Assembly (NCBI GenBank): GCA_964348895.1
Contig: CAYGEH010000001.1
Coordinates: forward strand, 110,593-174,592
Length of the DNA: 64,000 nucleotides
Source: an uncultured Gammaproteobacteria bacterium
Lineage (GTDB): Bacteria; Patescibacteriota; Microgenomatia; 0-14-0-10-38-17
Reading direction: 5' to 3'
Shown here one piece after another: positions 1 to 9,020 of the stretch; position 1 is the stretch's first letter, and each line of letters starts with the position of its first letter. The translations under genes and the position numbers were made by a program. The notes under the pieces were generated by a model that did no database searches, was not told where the DNA came from, and was given only the letters and a program-made list of their open reading frames with translations.

Positions 1-116
1 CAACTTAACTGCTTCCATTCGAGGAGAGATAGAAGGCCCTGCCTTGTTCATAGCTTCTATTGTGGCATGATTTTTGTTAAAATACAATCGTTGTCTAAAA
101 AAATAGATAATTTTTA

Positions 117-190
117 CGGGGATTAGCGCAGATGGCTAGCGCGCGCGCATGGGGTGCGTGAGGTCGCCGGTTCAAGTCCGGCATCCCCGA
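117..190 (+). tRNA. tRNA-Pro (anticodon GGG)
   Basis: A 74-nt cloverleaf was read by eye. Acceptor stem is CGGGGAT/ATCCCCG. D arm is GCGC-AGATGGCTA-GCGC. Anticodon arm is CGCGC-AT GGG GT-GCGTG. T arm is GCCGG-TTCAAGT-CCGGC. Discriminator is A and no CCA is encoded. C1-G72 is typical of bacterial tRNA-Pro. Confidence 0.75.
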
Positions 191-1736
191 CTAAATAGGA
201 ATTGACGATGTTTCAGGAGTGTCATAAATGGTTCTTTTAGTTGATATGACGCCACTTTTTCATCATCAACTATCCAGTTCGCAAAGATTTGACGGCAAAT
301 CATATCTTTACCCACAGCATCAGCAGATTGGATTGTGGTTACGGCATTTTTCGACAAGTTCGCAAGCTCCTCAAGTGTCATTGGTTCTGTTTCCGACTTC
401 TTTAGTTCCTCCTCTAACTTTACGATATCCTTAGTAAGAGCCTTACAGTCATTGTCTAACTCTCCTATGTGCTTTTCATTCTGTTGGTAGATAACGCTTT
501 TAGGATCAAGTTTGAGGATAGCTATACTGGACTCTGCTAACTCTCGTTCTTTGCGTTTGAGTATTGCCCGTTTGGTATTCAACTCGCCTCGTAAAGCGAT
601 CTTACGGTCACCTGAGAGGTGTTTCATACCATCTAAGTACTGTTGGTATTCCTTGTCCGTGAAGTTTAATCCCTCTTTGAGTAGCTCTGCCACAAAATCA
701 AGAAAAACTTTGACTCTGATTGATTTTTTCTTTCGTTCACAACCTTTACTGCTACATCTGGCATACAGGTAGCGATCCTTTTATTACTACTGGTTGCAGG
801 TGCGACTCTCATTGTCTGATTACAAGTAAGAGCACAAAATCATCAGCCTTAACGGATAATAATTATCTCTATGTGGACTTGATGGTTTGATTCTCCGATA
901 TGTCATCTATTGAATGGTTATAAAATCCTCCTCTGTTGTCGCTGGTACAAAATCATAGATGAGGCGTAAATCGGTAGTCTGTTGAGCTTGATTAAGCATT
1001 CCTTAATAAAAGCTATCTTTGAACATGTCGCTTAATTTCTGCTTGGTCATATATGTTTTACGATTGGTTGATTTAATCTCACGGTAAAACCTTGATCGTT
1101 CAGATATTTAGTAATTGTCTCGATAGGCTCACCTTTGACTCTCATACTCCATGCGTCACAAATAAGCTCATGATTACGATCGTCTGGTCTATACGGTTCG
1201 CTTTCATCACGAACATAACCATACTTTGGTGCTGGTGATTTACCTTCTGCGAGATCGCTTCGTACACCCCTTGTAACATCTTGCGATAATAACTTATCGC
1301 TGTACTGCTTGGATAACACAAACGCCATGCCTAATAACATCTTTCCGTTAGCATCTTTGGTGAAGTGATGGGTGACAAACTTGAGATCTTTGATGATGCC
1401 CTCATCAACCATATTGATGATTTCACCACCCTCAAGCATGTTCCTAGCTAATCTGTCTGGATTCCATGCAAGAATAGCGTCATATTTGCCGTTGTAGATA
1501 TCCGTGAGCATTTGACGAAAGACTGGACGCTTCCCTGGTGTCTTGGCTGATTTTGTCTCGATAATTAGTTTACCAAAAACTTGTAACTGTCCTCGTGCTG
1601 CAAAGGCTAGGCACTCATCAATCTGATCTGGAATGGACTTTACCTGTCGAAACTCGTCCTCAGATGATTTGCGTACATATAAAACATATCTCAGTTTTGT
1701 AAAATAAATTACATCCTCGTATCCGTAAAGCCCCAT
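172..1736 (-). pseudogene. Large serine recombinase (resolvase/invertase-type integrase), fragmented by frameshifts and stops
   Basis: ORF 1047..1736 encodes the N-terminal catalytic domain (YVRKSSEDE with the active Ser, DRLARN) and the recombinase domain (APKYGYVRDES). Region 694..1046 translates in pieces across three frames with several stops; one piece (~740 coding region) carries a CSSKGC zinc-ribbon-like motif. ORF 172..693 gives the coiled-coil C-terminal region. The 3' end overlaps the tRNA-Pro 3' end (172-190). Confidence 0.7.
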
Positions 1737-1790
1737 ATGACGTGTATTTTACAACAACCTCATTCATAAAGATTATGGTAAAATCACAAT

Positions 1791-2384
1791 ATGAGTGAAA
1801 GTCAACTTGATTCATTTTTAAGAAAAGAATTTTTGCCGCTGAAAGAATTACCTGATAATCCCGATTTGATTGATGTTCGTATGAATACTTGGGGGGTAAC
1901 AAGAGCTGATCATACTAATCCTATACTAAAAACAATAGGATTGGGTCCATGTGTTGCCGTAGCACTTTATGAACCAGATTTAAAAATTGCAGGTCTAGTA
2001 CATATGACAGCACCAGCAATGACTCCCAGATGGGAAGCACCCCATCAAGATATCTTAAATATGCTTACAGCCATGCAGCGAAATGGTGTTTCATGTGACG
2101 CACGAAAAAACATAAAAGCACATTTAGTAGGTGGATGGGCACATGATGATTTAGCTGCGCTTGCGAAGGAAAGACTACACCAGCTTGGTATAGATCAAAT
2201 TCTGACAGACATGCGTACCGAAGGCGTAGACCATCATTGCATTGCATTGGACTCAAGGTCAGGAGATCTTTTCAAATTGATAAAAATTATGCAAGATGGT
2301 ATGGATACACTTGATGTAATGCGCGCAATGATTAAAGTGAGAGATGGTGCAAGTGTAACTTCAGATCATAGATCACTAAGGTGA
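1791..2384 (+). CDS. CheD-like (chemoreceptor glutamine deamidase fold) family protein, orphan
   Basis: Motif IGLGPCVAVALYEPDLKIAGLVHMTAP matches the CheD signature (LGSCVAV...AHVMLP) with the Cys/His catalytic pair. Downstream VGGW and GID..LTDMRTEG segments are colinear with CheD. No other chemotaxis genes are in the window. Confidence 0.6.
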   Translation: MSESQLDSFLRKEFLPLKELPDNPDLIDVRMNTWGVTRADHTNPILKTIGLGPCVAVALYEPDLKIAGLVHMTAPAMTPRWEAPHQDILNMLTAMQRNGVSCDARKNIKAHLVGGWAHDDLAALAKERLHQLGIDQILTDMRTEGVDHHCIALDSRSGDLFKLIKIMQDGMDTLDVMRAMIKVRDGASVTSDHRSLR

Positions 2385-2451
2385 CATTTACCAAACAAAT
2401 CCATTACTGATCTGCTAAATCTCTAAACACATCGACTGCTATTGATGTAGG

Positions 2452-2916
2452 TTATAGCCCTTTGCGTAAGGATTGTACTCGTTGAAGCTCATGTAAGGCT
2501 CGATAAAATTGACGCTCACATGCTGTAATGTAACGCACGTATGTTTTATCCAACGTTTCATACTCTGAGTTTCCAACTTGAATACTGTCGGTTTCCTCTG
2601 AAGTGTAGCGAATCATAGGCATCATAAATCCTTGTGTTAAAAAAGCCTTTTCCGCTTGTATAGCTCGTTGCATACGCATATAGGCAATCACCATAGGCTC
2701 AAGGAGCAAGTCCTCAGTGACACCGTGAGGCTCATATTCAGCTAAAAGAAGTGAGAGTATAGTTTGAGCTTCATCCTTTTCCGTAGATATCAAAGTTCTT
2801 TGAAGTACACCATGACGGATAGCGTTGTACTTGGAGATCTCTTTTCCTGCTTCGGTTTTAACTCCTGCGTTTTGTGTGTTTGTCCTATTTGCTGATATTT
2901 GAGCCTGTGTTGCCAT
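2452..2916 (-). CDS. hypothetical protein (island cargo)
   Basis: 154-aa ORF of higher GC. It overlaps the upstream ORF 2790..3269 by 127 bp in another frame. No recognisable motif. Confidence 0.35.
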   Translation of the reverse strand: MATQAQISANRTNTQNAGVKTEAGKEISKYNAIRHGVLQRTLISTEKDEAQTILSLLLAEYEPHGVTEDLLLEPMVIAYMRMQRAIQAEKAFLTQGFMMPMIRYTSEETDSIQVGNSEYETLDKTYVRYITACERQFYRALHELQRVQSLRKGL

Positions 2917-3269
2917 AATTCATAGTTCGCATCACTTCTTCTTAATAGGAAGCTACTTGGATCGTCTACGCCTTTGAACGTTTGTGAGCGTGTCTCCTCA
3001 TCATTAAAGGTTATTCTGTTACCGTGATTGTCCACCATACTATCTTTATTGAGTTTCGCTTCAGGTGTATCTGTTTTAACCTTTTTCATTGACCCTACAA
3101 GCTCTGTAATAGGTTGTGGTGAGGTTTGTGGAGCGGTTGGTTGAGTGGAAAGTGCGACACCTGTCGCATCTGTGGTTTTCGTAGGTACGTTACCAGCTTG
3201 GTTAGGCTTCTTGATACTAGCTGGATTGTCTACTCCGTAAAAGATTTGCATCTTTCCATTAGTATTCAT
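2790..3269 (-). CDS. hypothetical protein, Thr/Pro/Gln-rich N-terminal region (island cargo)
   Basis: 159-aa ORF. Its 3' end overlaps ORF 2452..2916, so a frameshifted single gene or a shorter true extent is possible. Confidence 0.35.
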   Translation of the reverse strand: MNTNGKMQIFYGVDNPASIKKPNQAGNVPTKTTDATGVALSTQPTAPQTSPQPITELVGSMKKVKTDTPEAKLNKDSMVDNHGNRITFNDEETRSQTFKGVDDPSSFLLRRSDANYELWQHRLKYQQIGQTHKTQELKPKQEKRSPSTTLSVMVYFKEL

Positions 3270-3698
3270 ACCTAATCTGATTATACTTCATTTGAGCTTG
3301 GTTTTGTAGCGATAAATAGAGTATATTTTTATCATATGAGCTATAATTCCAGTAAGAGATAACTGACTCGTACACTGGTTTTAGTAGTTCGAGCTTTATC
3401 GCTTTATCTCGACTAAATTAAGAGAAAGGGTTCGTCGAGGCGGAGACTCTTCGTGTGCCACCAACTACACGAAGCCTCGCAAAGATCTTTTTTGTATTCT
3501 ACCGAGAGCTGCCGATTAGCTAAAAACAAATCGAGCCAGCTTGAACCAGCCTCCTAAACTTTGCTGATTTCTCCTGAAGTTTAAATTTGACTTTTCAGGG
3601 CTTATTTTTTTGTTTGTAATTTTTGGGGTTGACGACACTGTCAAGGCAATCATTCAAGAGATCTAAATTTGTGCTATATTTTTTTATAGAGACTCATA

Positions 3699-4499
3699 AT
3701 GGAAATGGAAAATCATATTAATATGGGCGACCAAAACGCTCAACAAGCCAAGCAAGGTCCAGTTAGTCAACCTTCTCAGCTACCAAATAAACCAAAAACA
3801 AACTGTTGGATGATTTCTACTGTTGTTTTGATAGTTCTGCTTCTGTTAATTATGGTGGCGCTTATAATAAACCTTGAAAGAATCACCAACAGCAGGCCAT
3901 CTCCAGAAAGCACACCGAGAGGAAACAACAATGAATCAATAATTTCTACTCCGCAACAAACGATTACCCCAACTCCTGCCTCTAGAGAAAATTTAATTCC
4001 AGCCCCAGAACCAGGATTCAAGCAATATTTAGATGAAAACCTAAGATATGGATTTAGCTACCAAGATTCACTTTCCCTGTCGAAATGTGCCGATATTCCG
4101 TGTGCTTCGATAGATGCAATATCGTTACGAATAAATCCGCTTGAGGCTTTTCATTTAGCAGAACCAGATCCAAAAGCAAGTCTTCTTGCTGGCGATCTAT
4201 ACTGTGATGCAGGGGGACCGATGGAAAACATAGAATGCAAAAATACAAAAGTGGAAGATTTTACAAATTTACTGGGTTTTGGGGGATTTAAAATATATCG
4301 TACAAAAACCGTAACAAGAGGCGATGAAGAAATTCCCGCAGAAGTTTTTCAAGACATTGCTTATGTTTTTCCACTAGAGAAAGTGGCGAATGGTCGGGGA
4401 TTGACCAATTTTGCGGGCATACTTTTTGCTGTAGATACGACGACAAAGTCTAACCTCTCGTCTCTTGAAGAAATAGTTAATTCTTTTTTCAGTTTCTAA
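3699..4499 (+). CDS. membrane-anchored hypothetical protein (N-terminal TM helix, Pro/Thr-rich linker, Cys-containing extracytoplasmic domain)
   Basis: 266-aa ORF. Hydrophobic segment ISTVVLIVLLLLIMVALII is followed by a low-complexity linker and a Cys-rich domain. An extended -10-like TGcTATATT lies ~20 nt upstream. Confidence 0.5.
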   Translation: MEMENHINMGDQNAQQAKQGPVSQPSQLPNKPKTNCWMISTVVLIVLLLLIMVALIINLERITNSRPSPESTPRGNNNESIISTPQQTITPTPASRENLIPAPEPGFKQYLDENLRYGFSYQDSLSLSKCADIPCASIDAISLRINPLEAFHLAEPDPKASLLAGDLYCDAGGPMENIECKNTKVEDFTNLLGFGGFKIYRTKTVTRGDEEIPAEVFQDIAYVFPLEKVANGRGLTNFAGILFAVDTTTKSNLSSLEEIVNSFFSF

Positions 4500-4801
4500 A
4501 CTTTTACGAAACAAAAAGTAAATCGCGCGCGCAAAAAATAGCGGAAGCGTGACGCCCGTATTTGTCTTGCTAGAGTTGCGAGGACGCCCTCCAGACGACT
4601 GAATTAACTTTTGCACAAATTCGGTTATAATTTTTTCGTAAATTTCGACCAAGCGAAGCTTAATGGATTTTGCGGACAGCTTGTTATTTTACTCACCACG
4701 CCACAAAAACAAGTCTAATTACCTAAGGTTTGGGACTTTTATTAGATAATTACAGGGCGAGGAAAAGAAAATAAGGTGCTAAAATCTATTAGCAATAATT
4801 T

Positions 4802-5458
4802 ATGAAAACGCTAATTTTTTCTGACACTCACCTAACCAACAAGCCCGACCCCAAACGAATGGCTTTGTTGAAAAAAATTATTAATGAGGCCGACCAGGTA
4901 ATTATCAACGGCGACTTTTGGGAGGGTATGTTTATTAGTTTTGATCAATTTTTAACTTCTTCTTGGCAAGAGCTTTTTCCTCTCTTAAAAAAGAAGAATA
5001 CTGTTTATCTTTATGGTAATCATGATAGAAAGAAGCGCTGTGATAAAAGAGTAGATTTGTTTTCTAACCATCAAGCCGAAAGCTATTTGTTGCAATTCGG
5101 TAGCAAAACTTTATTAATTACTCACGGTCACAATTTAGACCTTTCTTTTGCTAAAATCATCAAAATTTTAAAGGCTTGTCGGCCTCTCTTAAGATTTCTA
5201 TCTAATACCGATCATTTCTTAATCAAGGTTTTGGGCCGAAGATATCTTTCTTTTTCAAGAAAAAAATATAATCAAGAGATTAGGGCCGAAGCTAAAAAAA
5301 TTCTCAAAAAAAATCAAATTTTAGTTTGTGGCCACACTCATTTAGTTCAACAAAACCTCAACAAAGGCTTTATTAATCCTGGCTGCTTTGACTTTGGTTT
5401 GGGACAATACCTAGTTGTTAATGGCAATAATTTAAGTTTTCACGATGTCAATTATTGA
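4802..5458 (+). CDS. metallophosphoesterase (calcineurin-like phosphoesterase) family protein
   Basis: Motifs DTHL, GDFWEG, GNHD and GHTH in canonical order. Confidence 0.8.
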   Translation: MKTLIFSDTHLTNKPDPKRMALLKKIINEADQVIINGDFWEGMFISFDQFLTSSWQELFPLLKKKNTVYLYGNHDRKKRCDKRVDLFSNHQAESYLLQFGSKTLLITHGHNLDLSFAKIIKILKACRPLLRFLSNTDHFLIKVLGRRYLSFSRKKYNQEIRAEAKKILKKNQILVCGHTHLVQQNLNKGFINPGCFDFGLGQYLVVNGNNLSFHDVNY

Positions 5459-5515
5459 TAAAACAGAAGTCTGCCGTTTTTTTTAAATTATCAGAAGCTA
5501 GGAGTAAAGAAAAGC

Positions 5516-5537
5516 TAGAAAAGCTTAATGTTTTCTA
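5516..5537 (-). terminator. putative intrinsic terminator after the GT2 gene
   Basis: Hairpin tagaaaa-gcttaatg-ttttcta followed on the minus strand by gcttttctttac (T-rich). Confidence 0.35.
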
Positions 5538-5585
5538 AACCAAAAGAAGCCTAAATTGTTTTTTTTCGCCAGTAAAAAATAAAGA

Positions 5586-6590
5586 TTATTTCCAAAGCTC
5601 TCCTTGTGCAAATTTTCCCCTTAATAAGTTAAAAAACAGCTTTAGCTTACCGGTAAGCAAGAAATTTACTGCTATTGCCATTTTAAATACTTTTAATCGA
5701 TTCGAAGAATAATTTTTTTTAACAAAAAGTAGCATTGAAGCAAAAAACTGCTGATAGAGGGCGTTTTTATTTTTATCTAATTTATTCTTCCAACTGGCCC
5801 CGCCAAGATGAACAATCTTAGCCTCAGGAACAACAAGGAGTCGAACTTTCATTTTTCTTGCTCGCCAACTCCAATCAACATCTTCCCAAAAAAACCTAAA
5901 ATCAGGATCAAGGCTGCCTACTTTTTGCCAAACCTCTCGACTTGCCATTAGGGCGGCACCAGGAAGCTGATCAACCTCAAATGGTTCTTGTTTGGCTTCT
6001 TGACAAATCAAATTTTTTAGGGGCGTTTTCATTATTATGGGTCTTAACAAGGGGTTGTGGTAAAAAAAGATTTGCCAAAGAGTTGGAAAACGCATATAGT
6101 AATCAAGCTGGGGTTGTCCACTTTGTAATTCTAATAAAGGGGAAACAGCGGTATTTTCGTTTTTATTTAAATATTCAACCAACCTTTCTATCGCCCCAGT
6201 TGTTACAATCGTGTCTGAGTTAAGGAGCAAAATATATTGTCCAGAGGCCTGTTTAATCCCGCTATTATTCCCTCTAGAAAAACCTAAGTTCTCTTTATTT
6301 TCAATCAGCTTAATATTAAGTGGCTGATTGGTATCGGCTACTAGTTTCTTTAAATACTCTAGGCTTCCATCAGTTGAGCCATTATCAACCACAATCACTT
6401 CTCCAAAAGGAGGGAGGCTTTCTAAACATCCTTTTAATAAGTTTTTGGTATTCCAAGATAAAACAACAATGCTAACTTTGATTTCTTCAGTCTTTTTCGG
6501 CATCCTCGAGAACACTTTTTCTGGAGTAGTTCTTTTTTCTTCTGCCTTGGTCTGTTTTTTCATAAACCCTAATCTCTTGCTATTCCCCAA
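5586..6590 (-). CDS. glycosyltransferase family 2 protein
   Basis: VSIVVLSWN...VIVVDNGSTDGS...DXD-type core. The likely true start is MKKQTKAEEKRTT at 6563, because its N-terminal peptide is mirrored in the next gene. Confidence 0.8.
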   Translation of the reverse strand: MGNSKRLGFMKKQTKAEEKRTTPEKVFSRMPKKTEEIKVSIVVLSWNTKNLLKGCLESLPPFGEVIVVDNGSTDGSLEYLKKLVADTNQPLNIKLIENKENLGFSRGNNSGIKQASGQYILLLNSDTIVTTGAIERLVEYLNKNENTAVSPLLELQSGQPQLDYYMRFPTLWQIFFYHNPLLRPIIMKTPLKNLICQEAKQEPFEVDQLPGAALMASREVWQKVGSLDPDFRFFWEDVDWSWRARKMKVRLLVVPEAKIVHLGGASWKNKLDKNKNALYQQFFASMLLFVKKNYSSNRLKVFKMAIAVNFLLTGKLKLFFNLLRGKFAQGELWK

Positions 6591-8191
6591 GAATAAACCT
6601 CAACCGGCCAGTAACGAGGTTGAACAGGATAAAGACGGTCAACTTCTAGTTCTTTTTTAAGGTTGCCTGTAATATACTCCCTAACCCCACTTGGCAACTT
6701 AGTTTCCCAGCTTTCTAATAAAATTAGACCCCGAGAATTGTCAGCAACAACCCCCTTAAGCTGATCTAGGTCCCAAAGGTGTCGTGCCCCCGAAACTGGA
6801 TCGATTTCTGTTTTGTGGTTGGGCACCCTTAATAAATAATCAAGGCCGCCTTCACCTAAATACCAAATAGGGTGATCGTTCCAGTTAGAAATAAAAACTG
6901 CTTCTGGGTTCGCCTGTAGTTCTTTCTCAATGAAAGCATAAATTTTTTTATAATCAACTTCAGGAACCTCTTGCATATCTTCACTTAAAGAATAAAACCT
7001 CCTAGGACGCAGGGTAAATTTATGACCCATAGTGGCAAAAAGCAAGGCAAGCAACAGCAAAAGCACAAAGCCTCCTCGGGGGCGAATTAATCCAAGCTGA
7101 CGAGGCAATCCCTTCCAAGAAGAAAGAAAATAAGAAGCCTCAGTCAAGCCAATCGCACCAAGAAGAATTAAAAAAGGAAAAACAATATAGAAATAACGGA
7201 CAAATGGCTGAGGCAATAAAAGAGAAATCAAGGTAATTTGAAGTGCAAGAGGAAAGGCTAAAAAAGCTAGTTTTAACCATTCTTTTCTTATAAAAAGAGC
7301 TAGTCCCCCTATTAGGGCCAAGAGAACTAAGGCTGGATAATCATGCCAAAGAAAAACTCGATAATAAAAAAGATTATTAACTCTGCCTAGGCTGGAAATT
7401 ACTGCCCAAAGGTGGCCTCTAAAAGCATAGATCAGGGGAATACCAGCCAGAAAACTAAGAGGGAGCCATTTCTTTATTAAATTAAACCGAAAAACGGCCA
7501 AAAACAAAACACCAGCCAAAAGAATTACTATTCCCAAGCCATGCAAAAGCGAAACCAAAACTCCGCTTCCCAAAAATCCTAAAAAATAACGCCAATTAAG
7601 CTTCTTTTCCTTTACCAATCTCCAAACAAACCAAAAAGCGAGCAAATAAAAAAACTGCATCGCTTGATATGGTCGGGCTTGGCGAGACCAAAGAATTTCA
7701 ATATTTAAGAAGGTGATAAAAAAGGCGGCCAGCAACGGAATAAGTTCTTTTGCTGACGGTAAAGTTAAACAAGACGAAGCCTTTGTTTTTTCCGAAACAG
7801 AAAGGGGAAACAATTCTCTTCCCAACAGCCAAATCGCCCAAATTGTTAAAACGCCAAAAATAAGCGAAGGAAAGCGAAGTGCAAATTCATTCAAACCGAA
7901 AATCCTTGCCGAAACCGCCCCTAACCAATACCAAAGCCACTGATAAACTCCAGTAGAGTAGCCATGATCTAAAACTGGCTGACCCCTTTCTAATATCGCC
8001 CTAACAAAAATGGCGACATGACCCTCATCATTCCAAAAAGAATAATTATTTCTTAAGCCGTAAAACCGATAAAAAAACCCAACAAGCAACAGAAAAATTA
8101 AAGTAATTTTTGAACCCAGCTGTTTTGACCACTCCGGAAATGTTTTACTGGAAGTGGTTTTTTTGGCTTCGGCCTTGGTTTGCCTCTTCAT
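6569..8191 (-). CDS. glycosyltransferase family 39/83 (ArnT/PMT-like) polytopic membrane protein
   Basis: Multi-TM protein. N-terminal FYRFYGL...FWNDEG and a long hydrophobic core are typical of ArnT/PMT-like undecaprenyl/dolichyl-phosphate sugar transferases. Confidence 0.6.
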   Translation of the reverse strand: MKRQTKAEAKKTTSSKTFPEWSKQLGSKITLIFLLLVGFFYRFYGLRNNYSFWNDEGHVAIFVRAILERGQPVLDHGYSTGVYQWLWYWLGAVSARIFGLNEFALRFPSLIFGVLTIWAIWLLGRELFPLSVSEKTKASSCLTLPSAKELIPLLAAFFITFLNIEILWSRQARPYQAMQFFYLLAFWFVWRLVKEKKLNWRYFLGFLGSGVLVSLLHGLGIVILLAGVLFLAVFRFNLIKKWLPLSFLAGIPLIYAFRGHLWAVISSLGRVNNLFYYRVFLWHDYPALVLLALIGGLALFIRKEWLKLAFLAFPLALQITLISLLLPQPFVRYFYIVFPFLILLGAIGLTEASYFLSSWKGLPRQLGLIRPRGGFVLLLLLALLFATMGHKFTLRPRRFYSLSEDMQEVPEVDYKKIYAFIEKELQANPEAVFISNWNDHPIWYLGEGGLDYLLRVPNHKTEIDPVSGARHLWDLDQLKGVVADNSRGLILLESWETKLPSGVREYITGNLKKELEVDRLYPVQPRYWPVEVYSWGIARD

Positions 8192-8532
8192 GTTTTTTTA
8201 GTCTTTTTAGTCTCTTGTAAAAATTCAATTACCATCTGGACTATCCCCACCACTAAAAACATATAGGCCCAAATAGCAGCTTTTTCAGCAATTAAGTCTT
8301 TTTTTAAAATTAATAAAATCGGACAGGTAATTAAAAATCCCAGTGCTCCTGTCACCGAAATTCTGCCTTTAAATTTATAAAGCCAAACAGACAGAACCCA
8401 AAGGCCTGTTAATAAAAAAATAACTAAATCAAAGGTTGGATTGAAAATAAAAATATCAAACAAAATCCCCGCTCCTGTGCCAATTAATATCCAAAATTTA
8501 AATTTCTGCAAAAATTCTTTAATTTTTCTCAT
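8188..8532 (-). CDS. small membrane protein, apparently the detached C-terminal fragment of the large membrane protein gene at 8947..12456
   Basis: 114 aa with 3-4 TM helices. The reading frame upstream of its ATG runs without a stop through the 34-bp repeat copy at 8597..8630 and encodes QPQRLFYLGLFISGLTLIGSLGYLGYGLIKRKK-MRKIKEF. This continues the C-terminus of the big gene. ATGA start/stop overlap with the GT39 gene. Confidence 0.5.
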   Translation of the reverse strand: MRKIKEFLQKFKFWILIGTGAGILFDIFIFNPTFDLVIFLLTGLWVLSVWLYKFKGRISVTGALGFLITCPILLILKKDLIAEKAAIWAYMFLVVGIVQMVIEFLQETKKTKKT

Positions 8533-8596
8533 TTTTTTCTTTTAATTAAACCATAGCCCAAATACCCCAAAGACCCAATCAAGGTTAAGCCTGAAA

Positions 8597-8630
8597 TAAA
8601 TAAACCCAAATAAAATAAACGCTGGGGTTG
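8597..8630. repeat. 34-bp perfect direct repeat, copy 1 (taaataaacccaaataaaataaacgctggggttg)
   Basis: Identical 34-mer recurs at 9021..9054. The two copies flank the GIY-YIG gene. Confidence 0.85.
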
Positions 8631-9020
8631 TCCCAAGAACTTTTTTTAAAAGTTCAGGGACAATTAACCCTGAATTTATAGTTTTTATAATAGTTCTTCA
8701 ACCTGGTGTTTATGAATTTGGTTCCCCATCTGCCCTTTAAGTATTTTTCGCGATTTTTGGCGTCAACTTTGTTTAAGCAAGCTTCGTAATAAATAAGCCT
8801 AAGGGGTGTCCTATTTTTAGTTGAGATGTTTGTTCCTTTATTGTGTTCATCAATCCTTTTCTTTAAGTTTTCGGTATATCCAATATATCTTCTCTTGTCC
8901 TTTAGGCTTTCTAAAATATAAGCGTAAAACATAAAAATTATAAATTCTAGGCGTTTAATTTATTCCGAAATTTATCATATATTAAATAAATGATACATCC
9001 TATAAAAACAAAAATACTTA
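8631..9020 (-). mobile_element. putative GIY-YIG gene insertion cassette (inserted segment between the direct repeats)
   Basis: The segment between the repeats carries the GIY-YIG ORF and a 24-codon replacement 3' end plus stop (SIFVFIGCIIYLIYDKFRNKLNA*) for the interrupted host gene. Confidence 0.5.
8654..8932 (-). CDS. GIY-YIG nuclease family protein (YhbQ/UPF0213-like, 92 aa)
   Basis: FYAYILES...RRYIGYTENLKKRIDEHN matches the GIY-(10-11)-YIG motif with conserved Arg, Glu and Asn. Confidence 0.75.
   Translation of the reverse strand: MFYAYILESLKDKRRYIGYTENLKKRIDEHNKGTNISTKNRTPLRLIYYEACLNKVDAKNREKYLKGRWGTKFINTRLKNYYKNYKFRVNCP

Noticed and set aside
1-116. Possible 5' end of a minus-strand gene running off the window start (ATG at ~49), and a TTGTGG-18-TACAAT promoter-like element upstream of tRNA-Pro
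   Set aside because: Too little sequence to support a CDS call, and the promoter match is weak with a non-ideal distance. Neither is reported as a feature.
4374-4652. 92-aa minus-strand ORF overlapping the 3' end of 3699..4499
   Set aside because: It overlaps a better-supported gene, lacks an RBS, and its basic low-complexity product is typical of an antisense artefact.
4500-4800. Possible SRP/4.5S-like or other structured RNA in the 300-bp gap (a GGAAGCG-containing GC-rich stretch at ~4540-4600)
   Set aside because: The resemblance to the SRP domain IV motif is weak and no convincing helix could be built by eye. It is left as unexplained intergenic sequence.
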